Below are positions 1-9,130 of a stretch of 64,000 bases of DNA, in pieces (the first letter of the stretch is position 1; each line of letters starts with the position of its first letter). Origin of the DNA: Myxococcales bacterium (lineage in GTDB: Bacteria > Myxococcota_A > Polyangia > Polyangiales > Polyangiaceae); contig JAYTOU010000093.1 in the NCBI GenBank assembly GCA_043747615.1, forward strand, positions 1 to 64,000. The letters are read 5' to 3'. Made by a program: the position numbers and the translations under genes. The notes under the pieces were generated by a model that worked only from the letters and a program-made list of their open reading frames with translations, was not told where the DNA came from and did no database searches.

Positions 1-260
1 CGGACCTTGCGGACCGCCGTACCCACCGCCGCCGCCTTGCGGACCTTGCGGACCGCCGTATCCACCGCCGCCGCCTTGCGGACCTTGCGGACCGCCGTAT
101 CCACCGCCGCCGCCTTGCGGACCTTGCGGACCGCCGTATCCACCGCCGCCTTGCGGACCTTGCGGACCGCCGTACCCGCCGCCTTGCGGGGGACCGTAAC
201 CGCCGCCTTGCGGGGGACCGTAACCGCCGCCACCTTGCGGAGGGTATCCGCCGCCCGGAG
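1..260. repeat. Coding tandem repeat, 39-bp unit (cggaccttgcggaccgccgtaYccaccgccgccgccttg) decaying into 36/27/24-bp variants
   Basis: Three near-identical 39-bp units at 1-117, then shorter variants. Encodes PQGPQGGGGGYGG on the minus strand. Confidence 0.9.
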
Positions 261-1026
261 GTGCGTAGCCGCCACCACCGTAGCCGCCGGGATCATAACC
301 GCTCGAGGTCGTGCCGCGGCCCGTGAGGCGAACGAAGACGATGGCGAGAGCGACCCAGAAGATCGAGATCGTCGCGTAGACGCCGATGCAGCAAGCGACG
401 AGACCTACCATGGCCACGACGATGCCGAGGAGGGACAGGAGAAAAAGCTTTCCCTTGTGCCCCATCGTCGCCTGCCAGCTCGCCTTCATGGCGTCGATCG
501 GGCCCATGTCCGCGTCGACGACGAAGAACTGCGAGTACATCAGACCGAGACCGAGGATCACGCCGGGCACGATGAAGAATACGTAGCCAATCACGACGGC
601 GAACAACATCAGGAAGAGCGTCGCCAGCAGCTGCGGGAACTTACCCGTCTTAGAGAAGAGATCGCCGAACTGCGGCGAGCCTCCGCGCGCAACGGTGAGC
701 CAGATCGTGATGAGACCGCCCTGGAGGAGCGCCTGAAGGCAAAGCCCAATGAGCATGAAGACTGCGTACATTCCCCAGTACACGCCGGAGTTCGGCTCGA
801 TGACGCGCGCCGCGACGAGGCCGCTCGGGATCTGCCCAGGGAGCCCGGCCATGATTGCCGTCAGGAAATAGGATCCGAACAGAACGCCCCAGCAGCGCTT
901 GAAGCCCTCGAAGGCGAGGCTGAACACTTCACCGATGTCCCACGGCTGCGGACCCCCGCCGTAATTCTGAGGCCCTTGCTGCGGGGGGGGTGCGGCTTGC
1001 GGTGCGGCGTACGGATTGTAGTTCAC
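1..1026 (-). CDS. Integral membrane protein with a long Gly/Pro/Gln/Tyr-rich C-terminal tail (3' end runs off the window)
   Basis: Read manually: GTG at 1026 gives MNYNPYAAPQAAPPPQQGPQNYGGGPQPWDIGEVFSLAFEGFKRCWGVLFGSYFL..., then hydrophobic segments. The same frame reads PQGPQGGGGGYGG repeats at base 1. Absent from the ORF track because it lacks a stop in the window. Confidence 0.8.
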   Translation of the reverse strand, partial: MNYNPYAAPQAAPPPQQGPQNYGGGPQPWDIGEVFSLAFEGFKRCWGVLFGSYFLTAIMAGLPGQIPSGLVAARVIEPNSGVYWGMYAVFMLIGLCLQALLQGGLITIWLTVARGGSPQFGDLFSKTGKFPQLLATLFLMLFAVVIGYVFFIVPGVILGLGLMYSQFFVVDADMGPIDAMKASWQATMGHKGKLFLLSLLGIVVAMVGLVACCIGVYATISIFWVALAIVFVRLTGRGTTSSGYDPGGYGGGGYAPPGGGYPPQGGGGYGPPQGGGYGPPQGGGYGGPQGPQGGGGYGGPQGPQGGGGGYGGPQGPQGGGGGYGGPQGPQGGGGGYGGPQGP

Positions 1027-1117
1027 GGGTAGATCCTCTCGGCGTGTCGGGTCGGGAAAGCGAAAATATGCGAACGCGGGGACGAACGTACGACAATCGC
1101 ATGGTATCGACCACGAG

Positions 1118-2026
1118 ATGCGAACGCGGTTCGCCCCATCTCCAACCGGCGATCTCCACCTCGGAGGCGCGTTCGTCGCCTTGGCCTCGTGGCACATGGC
1201 TCGGCGCGCGGCAGGAACCTTCGTCATTCGGATGGAAGATCTCGACACGCCGCGCGTCGTTCGAGGATCGGCCGACCGTATTTTGGAAGATCTGGCGTGG
1301 CTCGGGCTCTCCTTCGACGGGCCGCTCGTGGTGCAATCGGAGCGCTCGAGCCTCTACGAAGAGGCACTGGGCACTCTGCAGATGCGCGGCCTCACATACG
1401 TGTGCGATTGCTCGCGGTCGGAGATCGCGCGCGAGGCGAGCGCGCCTCACGAAGGAGAAGAATCGGTTTATCCGGGGACGTGCAGCGCGAAGCCGACGGA
1501 TCGCGAGCTGAAGAGAGCAGGTGCGGTCCGCCTCCGCGTGCCCAATGAAGTCGTTCGCGTGAATGATGCGCTGATGGATCCGATCGCTCAACATTTGGCG
1601 GCTTCCGTAGGCGATTTCGTGTTGAAGCGCGGCGATGGAATTTTTGCTTACCAGCTCGCGGTGACCCTCGACGACCTGGCGATGGAGGTGACCGACGTCA
1701 TTCGCGGCGCCGATCTCTTAGCGTCGACACCGAGGCAGGTGCATCTCGCGACGCTCCTCGGAGCGAAGCCTCCGCGCTACTGGCACCTGCCGCTCGTCGT
1801 CGACGCCAACGGAGAGCGCATCGCCAAGCGAGCTCCCGGCGCGCACGTGCGCGGGCTCCGCGAGGCGGGCGTGTCGCGCGAAGAGATCCTGGGTGAGCTC
1901 GCGCATGCCTTGGGAATCACCGACACATCAGGCCCATCTGGGCTCGATGCGCTGCTTCGCCGTCCGTCGCTAACGAGAGTGCCGCGATCTCCATGGAAGA
2001 TCCCGGCGCGCTGGCAGCAGCTCTAG
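1118..2026 (+). CDS. gluQ: Glutamyl-Q tRNA(Asp) synthetase
   Basis: RFAPSPTGDLHLG (HIGH-like), RMEDLD, Zn-binding CDCS...Y...C, RGADL. About 300 aa with no anticodon-binding domain. Confidence 0.9.
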   Translation: MRTRFAPSPTGDLHLGGAFVALASWHMARRAAGTFVIRMEDLDTPRVVRGSADRILEDLAWLGLSFDGPLVVQSERSSLYEEALGTLQMRGLTYVCDCSRSEIAREASAPHEGEESVYPGTCSAKPTDRELKRAGAVRLRVPNEVVRVNDALMDPIAQHLAASVGDFVLKRGDGIFAYQLAVTLDDLAMEVTDVIRGADLLASTPRQVHLATLLGAKPPRYWHLPLVVDANGERIAKRAPGAHVRGLREAGVSREEILGELAHALGITDTSGPSGLDALLRRPSLTRVPRSPWKIPARWQQL

Positions 2027-2033
2027 ACCATCA

Positions 2034-3254
2034 CTAGCTCGCCCGAAGCGACAGATACACACCGACGGCGACGCTGACGATCGCTGCGAGCACCCAGGCC
2101 ATCGCCCAGCCGCGACGCTCGAAGAGACCCGGCTCCTTGCGCGGCGTGGAGCGCGAGGACGACGGCTTCGAGAACGGCGGATCAGACGCACGCGGCGGGT
2201 ATCCGCTCTGCGTGACGCGTAGTCGTCTCGCTTCGACCGACTCGGCGGAGAGTGGAATCGGAGACGGGATAGTCAGGGAGTGACCATCGGCGACCTCGCC
2301 CTCGATCGAGATCAAAACCGCGTGCGGTTTGATCCCTTCGATGTCGTCCGGATGAGCGAGAGCGTGCGTGAGCGCATTCGCGAGCGCCGGGGCGGTCATG
2401 TAACGATTCGCTGGGTCCTTGGCGAGCGCGTGGAGAATCACCGCATCGAGCGCGGGGCTGATCGCTCGACTCGGGGCGCGCGCGATGGGGCTCACCGGCG
2501 CGCTCGTCATGTGAGCGGTGAGAACGTTGAGCGGGCTCGCTCCGCTGAACGGAACGCTACCCGTGAGGAGCTGATAGAGCATCACTCCGACCGCGTACAC
2601 GTCGCAACGCGCATCGAGATCGTCGCCCCGCGCTTGCTCGGGCGCCATGTACTCCGGCGTACCGAAGATCATGTTGTGCACGGTGAGAGCCGTCGTTCCC
2701 GCACCGCCGGCACCGGTGATGATCTTGGCGAGCCCGAAGTCGACCACGACCGCGTGGTCCCCCTTCTTCAAGATCACGTTCGCAGGCTTGAGATCGCGAT
2801 GGATGACCCCCTGCGCATGCGCCGCCTCGAGAGCCGCACAGATCTGGAGGACGATCTTCACGGCCCGTTCGGGAGCTAATGCGCCTTCGCGTGCGACGAC
2901 CCGATCGAGCGGCTCGCCATCGATCTTTGCGAGCGCCAAGTAGAGCACCCCCGCGCCGACGTTTCGGGGATCGGGGAGCTCACCGTAGTCGAGCATCGGG
3001 CAGAGATTCGGCCCTTCGAGCCGCCGCAAAATGGCTGCCTCGCGCGCGAAGCGACCACGAATTTGCTCGTCGCCGAGGAGGTGCGGATGGATCACCTTGA
3101 GCGCGACGTGATCGTCTTCCGCGATCCGCCGCGCATCGTAAACGACGCCGGTACCGCCCTCGCCGAGCACCGGGCCAATCTCGAACTTGTCCCCGATGAC
3201 GTGCCCCGAAGCGAGCGGGAACGCCGAGCTACGGAGTGAGCTCTTCTCCGGCAT
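2034..3254 (-). CDS. Hanks-type Ser/Thr protein kinase with C-terminal TM helix
   Basis: GEGGTG, VALK, HRDLKPAN, DFG and GTPEYMAPE motifs; hydrophobic C-terminus. Confidence 0.93.
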   Translation of the reverse strand: MPEKSSLRSSAFPLASGHVIGDKFEIGPVLGEGGTGVVYDARRIAEDDHVALKVIHPHLLGDEQIRGRFAREAAILRRLEGPNLCPMLDYGELPDPRNVGAGVLYLALAKIDGEPLDRVVAREGALAPERAVKIVLQICAALEAAHAQGVIHRDLKPANVILKKGDHAVVVDFGLAKIITGAGGAGTTALTVHNMIFGTPEYMAPEQARGDDLDARCDVYAVGVMLYQLLTGSVPFSGASPLNVLTAHMTSAPVSPIARAPSRAISPALDAVILHALAKDPANRYMTAPALANALTHALAHPDDIEGIKPHAVLISIEGEVADGHSLTIPSPIPLSAESVEARRLRVTQSGYPPRASDPPFSKPSSSRSTPRKEPGLFERRGWAMAWVLAAIVSVAVGVYLSLRAS

Positions 3255-3975
3255 TCTGTCGCGAGACTAGCGCGAATCGTCTGCCTTGGGCGACTCTGGG
3301 GATGAAATGCGCGCGCGTGGTAGAGGCCGGGGCGGCATCGAAGAGAAACGACCACAATTGAGGCTCTCCGCCGAACGCCATTTCGAACGCATCTTGGGCC
3401 ACGACGACGGGTGGCGGCTCAACCAGAAAGGCCATGTCGAGGACCACCAATTTCGATTTGCGGAGCGCGCCCTGGAGGCCCTTCACAATGACTTGCAGGC
3501 GGCGATCTTCGACACCCACCTTGGGTGTTTCCACGATTTCGAGCGCCTCTTCCTCGAGGTGATCTGCGGTGCAGACGACTTCCTGGATCGTCACGTAGCG
3601 ACCGATCGGCGAAAATCCGAGGCGCACGTAGGTCTCGCGATCGCGAAGCTCGACGCGCGCTTTGTTTCGCGGGGTGTGATTCGGAACGGCTGCGTCGGCA
3701 ACCTCGACGAGAGCAGGCTCGTGCAGGCCAGCGAGCAAGTATAGCCAATCGCACGAACCGATCTCGGCGAGTCGGGGGATGGCGCGAACGGGGAGAATTT
3801 GCTCGAGCGCGCGGCCGAGCTCGGTGATGCCGTCTGCGGCGAGCGCCTGGGGCGATGGCTCTTCGAGGACGCGCCAAACGAACCCAGGGAAGGAACGCTC
3901 GACTGCCTTCACCGCTCGGGCTCGCTCTCGCTGGCGCTCTTTGTTGATCCCGCACGTGGTGCCGCAACTACCCAT
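3229..3975 (-). CDS. Hypothetical cytoplasmic protein
   Basis: Protein-like composition; co-oriented between the LysM gene and the kinase, overlapping the kinase start. Confidence 0.7.
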   Translation of the reverse strand: MGSCGTTCGINKERQRERARAVKAVERSFPGFVWRVLEEPSPQALAADGITELGRALEQILPVRAIPRLAEIGSCDWLYLLAGLHEPALVEVADAAVPNHTPRNKARVELRDRETYVRLGFSPIGRYVTIQEVVCTADHLEEEALEIVETPKVGVEDRRLQVIVKGLQGALRKSKLVVLDMAFLVEPPPVVVAQDAFEMAFGGEPQLWSFLFDAAPASTTRAHFIPRVAQGRRFALVSRQNAGEELTP

Positions 3976-4037
3976 TTTTTAGGTACTTTGCATCTTCCCC
4001 GGACGTCTGCAACGTAGGAGAGCGAGAGGTATGAAGT

Positions 4038-4964
4038 TCAACGCGGAACGCACGCGGCGCGGATCTTCGGAGACACCGTCGCCGGATCGAGCTTGAAGGC
4101 AGGGTCGACGAGTCGCCACGCGGCACACGCCCCGGCTGCGGCGCCGCTCGCGTCGAGAGCGACGTAGGCCTCGAGGAGCGCGCGGTGGAGGACGGCGAGC
4201 TGGGTCTTGGTGAGCTCACCGCTACCGAGGACCCGATTGCCACGCGTGACCGCGTCGACGTAGCGCCCGCCGCGAACGTCGGCGAGGAGAAGCGGCAGCT
4301 CTTGATCCGCGCGACGCTGCGCTTCGAGCGTGCTCCCTGCGCCTTCTTCGCGTTGGCGATCGGTCCCCAAGCGAGCTTCTTTTTTGCCGGCGTCGGTGAG
4401 CTGAAGATCGACCAGCGGGACGAGCACGATGTCGCCACGCTTCAGCGGCACCGTCGTTCCGAGCGGGCTCGCCTTTCGCCCATTGTATGCGTCGAGCTCC
4501 CATGCCCGGTTGGGATCGTTCAAGTAGCGCTGCGCAATTTGGTCCATGCGATCGCCCTCGGTGGCGATGATGGTGAGCGCATACGGAATCTGAATTTCTT
4601 TTCCATCCACCGGAGGGATCCACGAAACAGCCTGATTTACCCGAGCGAGAACGTCCGCGCGCTTGGCGTCTCCCAGCCAGAGGAGCGCGAGGTCGCCCCA
4701 CGTCTCGCCAGCGGTGATTCGGTGAAAGCCAGGGGCGGGGATCTCGATGTGCATCCCGGGGACGATCGCGCTTCCTCCTTGAGAGTCGAGGGCGTTGGCG
4801 GCAGCGAGGACGACTTCGCGCTTCGAGTCGCCGTACACGCGGATGGCGATCTGCGCGAGGGTCTCGCCAGGACGCACGACGTGACCGAAGGCCTCGGCGC
4901 GGATCGGAGCGAGCAACGCGATCGCCGTGATCGCGGCTGACACGGAAAAGACAGCCGTCTTCAC
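4038..4964 (-). CDS. Secreted LysM-domain protein with helical C-terminal region
   Basis: Signal peptide (..APIRAEA) then HVVRPGETLAQIAIRVYG (LysM) and two further LysM-like repeats. The GTG start overlaps the kinase stop (GTGA at 4961-4964). Confidence 0.85.
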   Translation of the reverse strand: MKTAVFSVSAAITAIALLAPIRAEAFGHVVRPGETLAQIAIRVYGDSKREVVLAAANALDSQGGSAIVPGMHIEIPAPGFHRITAGETWGDLALLWLGDAKRADVLARVNQAVSWIPPVDGKEIQIPYALTIIATEGDRMDQIAQRYLNDPNRAWELDAYNGRKASPLGTTVPLKRGDIVLVPLVDLQLTDAGKKEARLGTDRQREEGAGSTLEAQRRADQELPLLLADVRGGRYVDAVTRGNRVLGSGELTKTQLAVLHRALLEAYVALDASGAAAGACAAWRLVDPAFKLDPATVSPKIRAACVPR

Positions 4965-6292
4965 GTTCCACCTTCCTTGCCGCCATCGCTCGCGAGACCG
5001 AGATCCATGGTCACGTCGAGGAGCGACGACTCTCCCGGCTCGATGCGCACGACGCGCTTTTCGGTGCGCGCATTCGGATGATTGAGGGTCACGTAGTGCG
5101 TCCCCGCGGCGAGCGGAATGGCGCGGGCGAACGGGGTGGTTTCGAGGTGCTGACCGTCGACGACTACGTCCGCCCACGGGGTCGCAACAACGCGGAGAAA
5201 CCCGACCCGCGCGGGCATGAGCTGGAGTGGACCGCCGACGCCGCCGATCGCATCGTGAGAGCTCCGCGCCGTGAGCTGGATCGCTGCGCCTCCAGAGACG
5301 ACGAGGGTGGCGATGGTGGCAAAACCGAAGAGCGTCGGTCGGAGCGTGCTCCGCTGATCCTGGAGGACGGCCGCCACCGATTCGTCGAGGTGATCGGAGA
5401 GGAGCCGCGCCTTCGTGAGCGCCCGGGTGATCAGCTTTGGCCTGGAGCCACGCACACGCGAGCGCACGAAATCGTCGAGGAGATCCGCCATGCCCAGCGC
5501 CGTCGAGAAGCGATCGGCAGGGAGTTTTTCGAGGGATCGCATGACGATATGGTCGAGCGCGCGGGGCACCTCGGGGGCACGCGAGCGAAGCGGCGTCGGC
5601 GGATCGCGGCGAATGCGCTGGGCTGCCGCGCGCTTCTCTCCCTTGTCGAAGGGGCGCACTCCACACAGAAGCTCGTAGAGAACGACACCCAGAGAAAAGA
5701 TGTCGCTGCGGGCGTCGACGAACTCGCCCAAGATCTGCTCGGGCGACATGTACGCCGGGGTTCCAAAGGCCATGTTCTCCCCCTTCTCTTCCGGTCCGAG
5801 CGGCTCGTCGGCGGTGGGCAAGCGATCGCGTTGAGCGATTCCGAAGTCGACGAGCTTCACCTCGCCGCGCCTGGACAGAAGTACGTTCGCGGGCTTCACG
5901 TCGCGATGCACGATCCCCCGCTCATGAGCGTGGGCGAGTCCGCGGGCGATCTCTGCGCCGATCTGCGCGACAACTTCCGGTGCGAGGCGCGTACGCTTCG
6001 CGAGCAGCTCCGCGAGGCTGAAGCCATCGACGAACTCGAGCACCAGGTACATCTGGTCGCTCGTCTTCACGAAGTCGTGGAGGAGAACGATGTTCGGGTG
6101 GCTGAGATCACCGAGGAGTCGCGCTTCGCGTTCGAGCTGCGCGGCGAACGGAGATTCAGGACCGATCGTGGGTTTCAGGGCTTTGATGGCGATCGGACGA
6201 CCGAGCGGTTCTTGCTTCGCCTTGTAGACGAGCGCGATGCCGCCGGAGCCGAGCTCCTCGGTGACCGTGTAGTTCCCAAAGCGCCGCTCCAT
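4961..6292 (-). CDS. Ser/Thr protein kinase with TM helix and C-terminal PEGA-like domain
   Basis: HRDVKPAN, DFG, GTPAYMSPE; C-terminal PWADVVVDGQHLETTP...GTHYVTL is PEGA-like. Confidence 0.93.
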   Translation of the reverse strand: MERRFGNYTVTEELGSGGIALVYKAKQEPLGRPIAIKALKPTIGPESPFAAQLEREARLLGDLSHPNIVLLHDFVKTSDQMYLVLEFVDGFSLAELLAKRTRLAPEVVAQIGAEIARGLAHAHERGIVHRDVKPANVLLSRRGEVKLVDFGIAQRDRLPTADEPLGPEEKGENMAFGTPAYMSPEQILGEFVDARSDIFSLGVVLYELLCGVRPFDKGEKRAAAQRIRRDPPTPLRSRAPEVPRALDHIVMRSLEKLPADRFSTALGMADLLDDFVRSRVRGSRPKLITRALTKARLLSDHLDESVAAVLQDQRSTLRPTLFGFATIATLVVSGGAAIQLTARSSHDAIGGVGGPLQLMPARVGFLRVVATPWADVVVDGQHLETTPFARAIPLAAGTHYVTLNHPNARTEKRVVRIEPGESSLLDVTMDLGLASDGGKEGGT

Positions 6293-6302
6293 CTCTTCGG
6301 AG

Positions 6303-7850
6303 CTACGTACCGTGAACGAGCAGCGAGTGTCCGGTCATCGCGCTCGGCTGGGGAATGCGCAGCAGCTCGAGCATCGTGGGAGCGACGTCGCAGATCCGCC
6401 CTCCTGCCTTCAGCGTCGCGGAAGGGTCCGCATCGTTGATGTAGAGGAGTGGCACCGGGTTGAGGGTGTGCGACGTGTGCGGCTGACCCGACGCCGGGTC
6501 TTTCATGAGCTCACAATTTCCATGGTCGGCGGTGATGAAGAGCGCACCACCCTTGGCCCGAACGGAGCGCTCGATCGTGGCGATCGCCGCGTCGACGGTT
6601 TCGACGGCTTCGATCGCGGGGCCCAGCATGCCGGTGTGACCGACCATGTCCGGGTTGGCGAAGTTGACGAGGATGAAATCGTATTCGTCCGCGTTCACCG
6701 CCAGGGCCACGGCGTCGGCTACGCCGCGCGCGCTCATCGAAGGCTTCTCATCGTAGGTGGCGACCTCTTTCGGAGAAGGGATCATTTTTCGATCCTCGCC
6801 GGCGTACGGCTCTTCGCGACCACCGTTGAAAAAATAAGTCACGTGGGCGTACTTCTCGGTCTCTGCGCAGCGAAATTGCTTCAACCCTGCGCGCGCGATG
6901 ACCTCCGGAAAAATATCTACGAAGGTCTGCTTGGGAAACGCGACGGGCAGGGCAAGCGTCGAGTCGTACGTCGTCATGCATGCGTAGGTCGTGAACGCAG
7001 GAGCGGTGGGTCCCCGCGTAAACTCCTTGAAATCAAGGGTGGCGAGCGCTCGGGTGAGCTCACGCGCGCGATCGGGACGAAAGTTGAAATGGAGCGCCGC
7101 ATCGTGCGGGAGCACACCCTGGTAGTCGCCGACCACGAACGGCTCGACGAACTCGTCCGCTTTCTTTGCGTCGAACGAAGCTTGAACGCCCTCCTCCGCG
7201 CTCCGGAAACGCGGTGCATCGGCGGAGGCGATCGCCTTGTACGCGCGCTCGACGCGGTCCCAGCGGTTGTCGCGATCCATGGCCCAGTAACGCCCCGACA
7301 CCGTGCCGATGACGCCCTTGCCAGCGAGCCTCGCTTCGACGGTGCGGAGGTAGCCGAGCGCGGTCCCCGGCTGCACGTCGCGGCCGTCGAGGAAGGCATG
7401 AAGCACGACGGTGACGTTCGACTGGGCGGCGAGCTCGATGAGCGCGAGCAAGTGCTGGAGCGAGCTGTGGACCCCGCCGTCGGAGACGAGCCCGAGCAAA
7501 TGGAGTCTCCCGCCGGCGTCTTTGGCGGCCTTGAGCACCGCGACGATCACTGGATTCTTTTGGAGAGATCCATCAACGACCGAGTTGTCGATGCGCGCGA
7601 TGTCCATCACCGCGATGCGCCCGGCGCCGAAGTTGAGGTGGCCGACTTCGCTGTTTCCCATTTGTCCGACGGGGAGACCGACGTCCGGACCACTGGTGCC
7701 GATGAGGCCGTGCGGGAACTTCGCGTTCAAGGCGTCGAGCGTCGGCGTCTTCGCCAAGCGGACGGCGTTGTCGGCGCTCTCGGCGCGCTCGCCGAAGCCA
7801 TCGAGAATGACGAGGACCAGCGGGCGAGGGATCGGCAGGACAGCGGACAT
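6303..7850 (-). CDS. gpmI: 2,3-bisphosphoglycerate-independent phosphoglycerate mutase
   Basis: ILDGFG, GQMGNSEVGH, AETEKYAHVTYFFNGG, NPDMVGHTG, TADHGN. Confidence 0.97.
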   Translation of the reverse strand: MSAVLPIPRPLVLVILDGFGERAESADNAVRLAKTPTLDALNAKFPHGLIGTSGPDVGLPVGQMGNSEVGHLNFGAGRIAVMDIARIDNSVVDGSLQKNPVIVAVLKAAKDAGGRLHLLGLVSDGGVHSSLQHLLALIELAAQSNVTVVLHAFLDGRDVQPGTALGYLRTVEARLAGKGVIGTVSGRYWAMDRDNRWDRVERAYKAIASADAPRFRSAEEGVQASFDAKKADEFVEPFVVGDYQGVLPHDAALHFNFRPDRARELTRALATLDFKEFTRGPTAPAFTTYACMTTYDSTLALPVAFPKQTFVDIFPEVIARAGLKQFRCAETEKYAHVTYFFNGGREEPYAGEDRKMIPSPKEVATYDEKPSMSARGVADAVALAVNADEYDFILVNFANPDMVGHTGMLGPAIEAVETVDAAIATIERSVRAKGGALFITADHGNCELMKDPASGQPHTSHTLNPVPLLYINDADPSATLKAGGRICDVAPTMLELLRIPQPSAMTGHSLLVHGT

Positions 7851-7908
7851 GGCGTAGGACCGAGATAACCTACTCGCGGCGCCAGCGCAAAAGCGGTACT
7901 GAGCCGTT

Positions 7909-8622
7909 ATGCCGTGGATCGAGGCGCTCCTTCGAGGTCAGAAAGTGCTCGCTCGCACGAAGTCCGACGGCTCGTTCGACGCGCAGAGCGGCCGGGTCGA
8001 GATTCGCTACAAGGCGACGGACGCGAAGGCCTACCGCGCGGCGGCCGCCAACCTCAGCGCGATCGCTGGAGGAAAGATTCTAGCCGACGACGCCTGCGTC
8101 GCGGGCGTTGCGGCTGGGGCAAGCGCCGAGAAGAAAAAAGCGCCGAAGGTGTCGAGCCTGGGCCACGAGAGCTCGCCGCCCGAAGAGGGCTCTTGGATCG
8201 CTTACACCGACGGCGCGTGCTCCGGAAATCCGGGGCCCGCTGGCTCGGGGGTGACGATCATCGCGCCCGACGGAAAAATCTCCGACGGCTACTACTACCT
8301 GGGAGCGTCGACGAACAACGTCGCCGAGCTGACGGCGATCTTGCGCGCCGCCGAGGCCGTTCCCAGCGACGCTCCTCGCATCGTCATCTACACCGACAGC
8401 AAGTATTCCATCGGGGTGCTCACCCAGAATTGGAAGGCGAAGGTGAACAAGGAGCTCATCGCCCAGACCAAACGAGCGATCGCAGCCCGTAAAAACGTGC
8501 GCTTGGTCTATGTCGCCGCTCATGTGGGTGTGGCGATGAACGAGCGCGCCGACGAGCTTGCGAGACAAGCGATCGTCGTCGGAGGCACACACCCGGTGGT
8601 GGTTCCTCAGTCGAAGGAATAG
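7909..8622 (+). CDS. rnhA: Ribonuclease HI with N-terminal extension
   Basis: YTDGACSGNPGPAG, TNNVAEL, YTDSKY, AHVG, NERADELA. Confidence 0.9.
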   Translation: MPWIEALLRGQKVLARTKSDGSFDAQSGRVEIRYKATDAKAYRAAAANLSAIAGGKILADDACVAGVAAGASAEKKKAPKVSSLGHESSPPEEGSWIAYTDGACSGNPGPAGSGVTIIAPDGKISDGYYYLGASTNNVAELTAILRAAEAVPSDAPRIVIYTDSKYSIGVLTQNWKAKVNKELIAQTKRAIAARKNVRLVYVAAHVGVAMNERADELARQAIVVGGTHPVVVPQSKE

Positions 8623-9056
8623 CCCGCAAAGAAAATTTCGTTCGGCGCGCCGCTCGATGTGTACACGATGCAGTAGACGCACTGGCCGCGCTCGATGTCG
8701 TCGAGGAAATTTTTGTTCTCCCTGAGCATCTCGCGCGTCGGCTGTTCGGTGCCGTAGAGCCGTTTCAAGATCTTGACAGAGAGCGGAGCGGCCACCCCGT
8801 AGTCGGCAATCGTCCCGATGGTCGTGATGTCGAGAATCGAGCGGGTGCCCTCTTCGGCCGCGTCCATCACCGCGTCTTCGATGGTGGCGTGATCCGGTCC
8901 AGGTGTCTGCTTGGAGAACGCAGGCTCGGCGAACTTCAGGAAGCGGATCACCGGGCTGTAACGGCCCGCCTGGAACTCGCGCTCGCGAAGCTCATCGAGC
9001 GCGCGCTGCAGGTCTTTGCGATAGGGGACCAAGTACCAATAGGGATGTGCGCCCAT
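8607..9056 (-). CDS. Hypothetical protein
   Basis: Protein-like composition (GTRSILD, FAGYSFD); no recognised family. Confidence 0.75.
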   Translation of the reverse strand: MGAHPYWYLVPYRKDLQRALDELREREFQAGRYSPVIRFLKFAEPAFSKQTPGPDHATIEDAVMDAAEEGTRSILDITTIGTIADYGVAAPLSVKILKRLYGTEQPTREMLRENKNFLDDIERGQCVYCIVYTSSGAPNEIFFAGYSFD

Positions 9057-9130
9057 GCCTTGTCCTAGTCGACTTTCGGGAGACTGTGTCGCGTGATAAA
9101 CGTCGCGCGACCGAGTACCCTCTGTCGACC

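Noticed and set aside
1..260. Regular repeats as a possible CRISPR array
   Set aside because: The units abut with no unique spacers, lengths are multiples of three and coding, and no cas genes are present.
983..990. G8 tract near the 5' end of the first gene as a phase-variation site
   Set aside because: It is short, in frame, and explained by a Pro-Pro-Pro run. There is no evidence of slippage.
7..1032. 341-aa plus-strand ORF with TAAALRTLR repeats
   Set aside because: It is the antisense shadow of the real minus-strand membrane protein.
5078..7868. Long antisense ORFs here and elsewhere (e.g. 9065-10399, 21567-23054, 40956-42374, 54694-56382, 58974-60479)
   Set aside because: These are typical high-GC shadow ORFs opposite genes with clear motifs.
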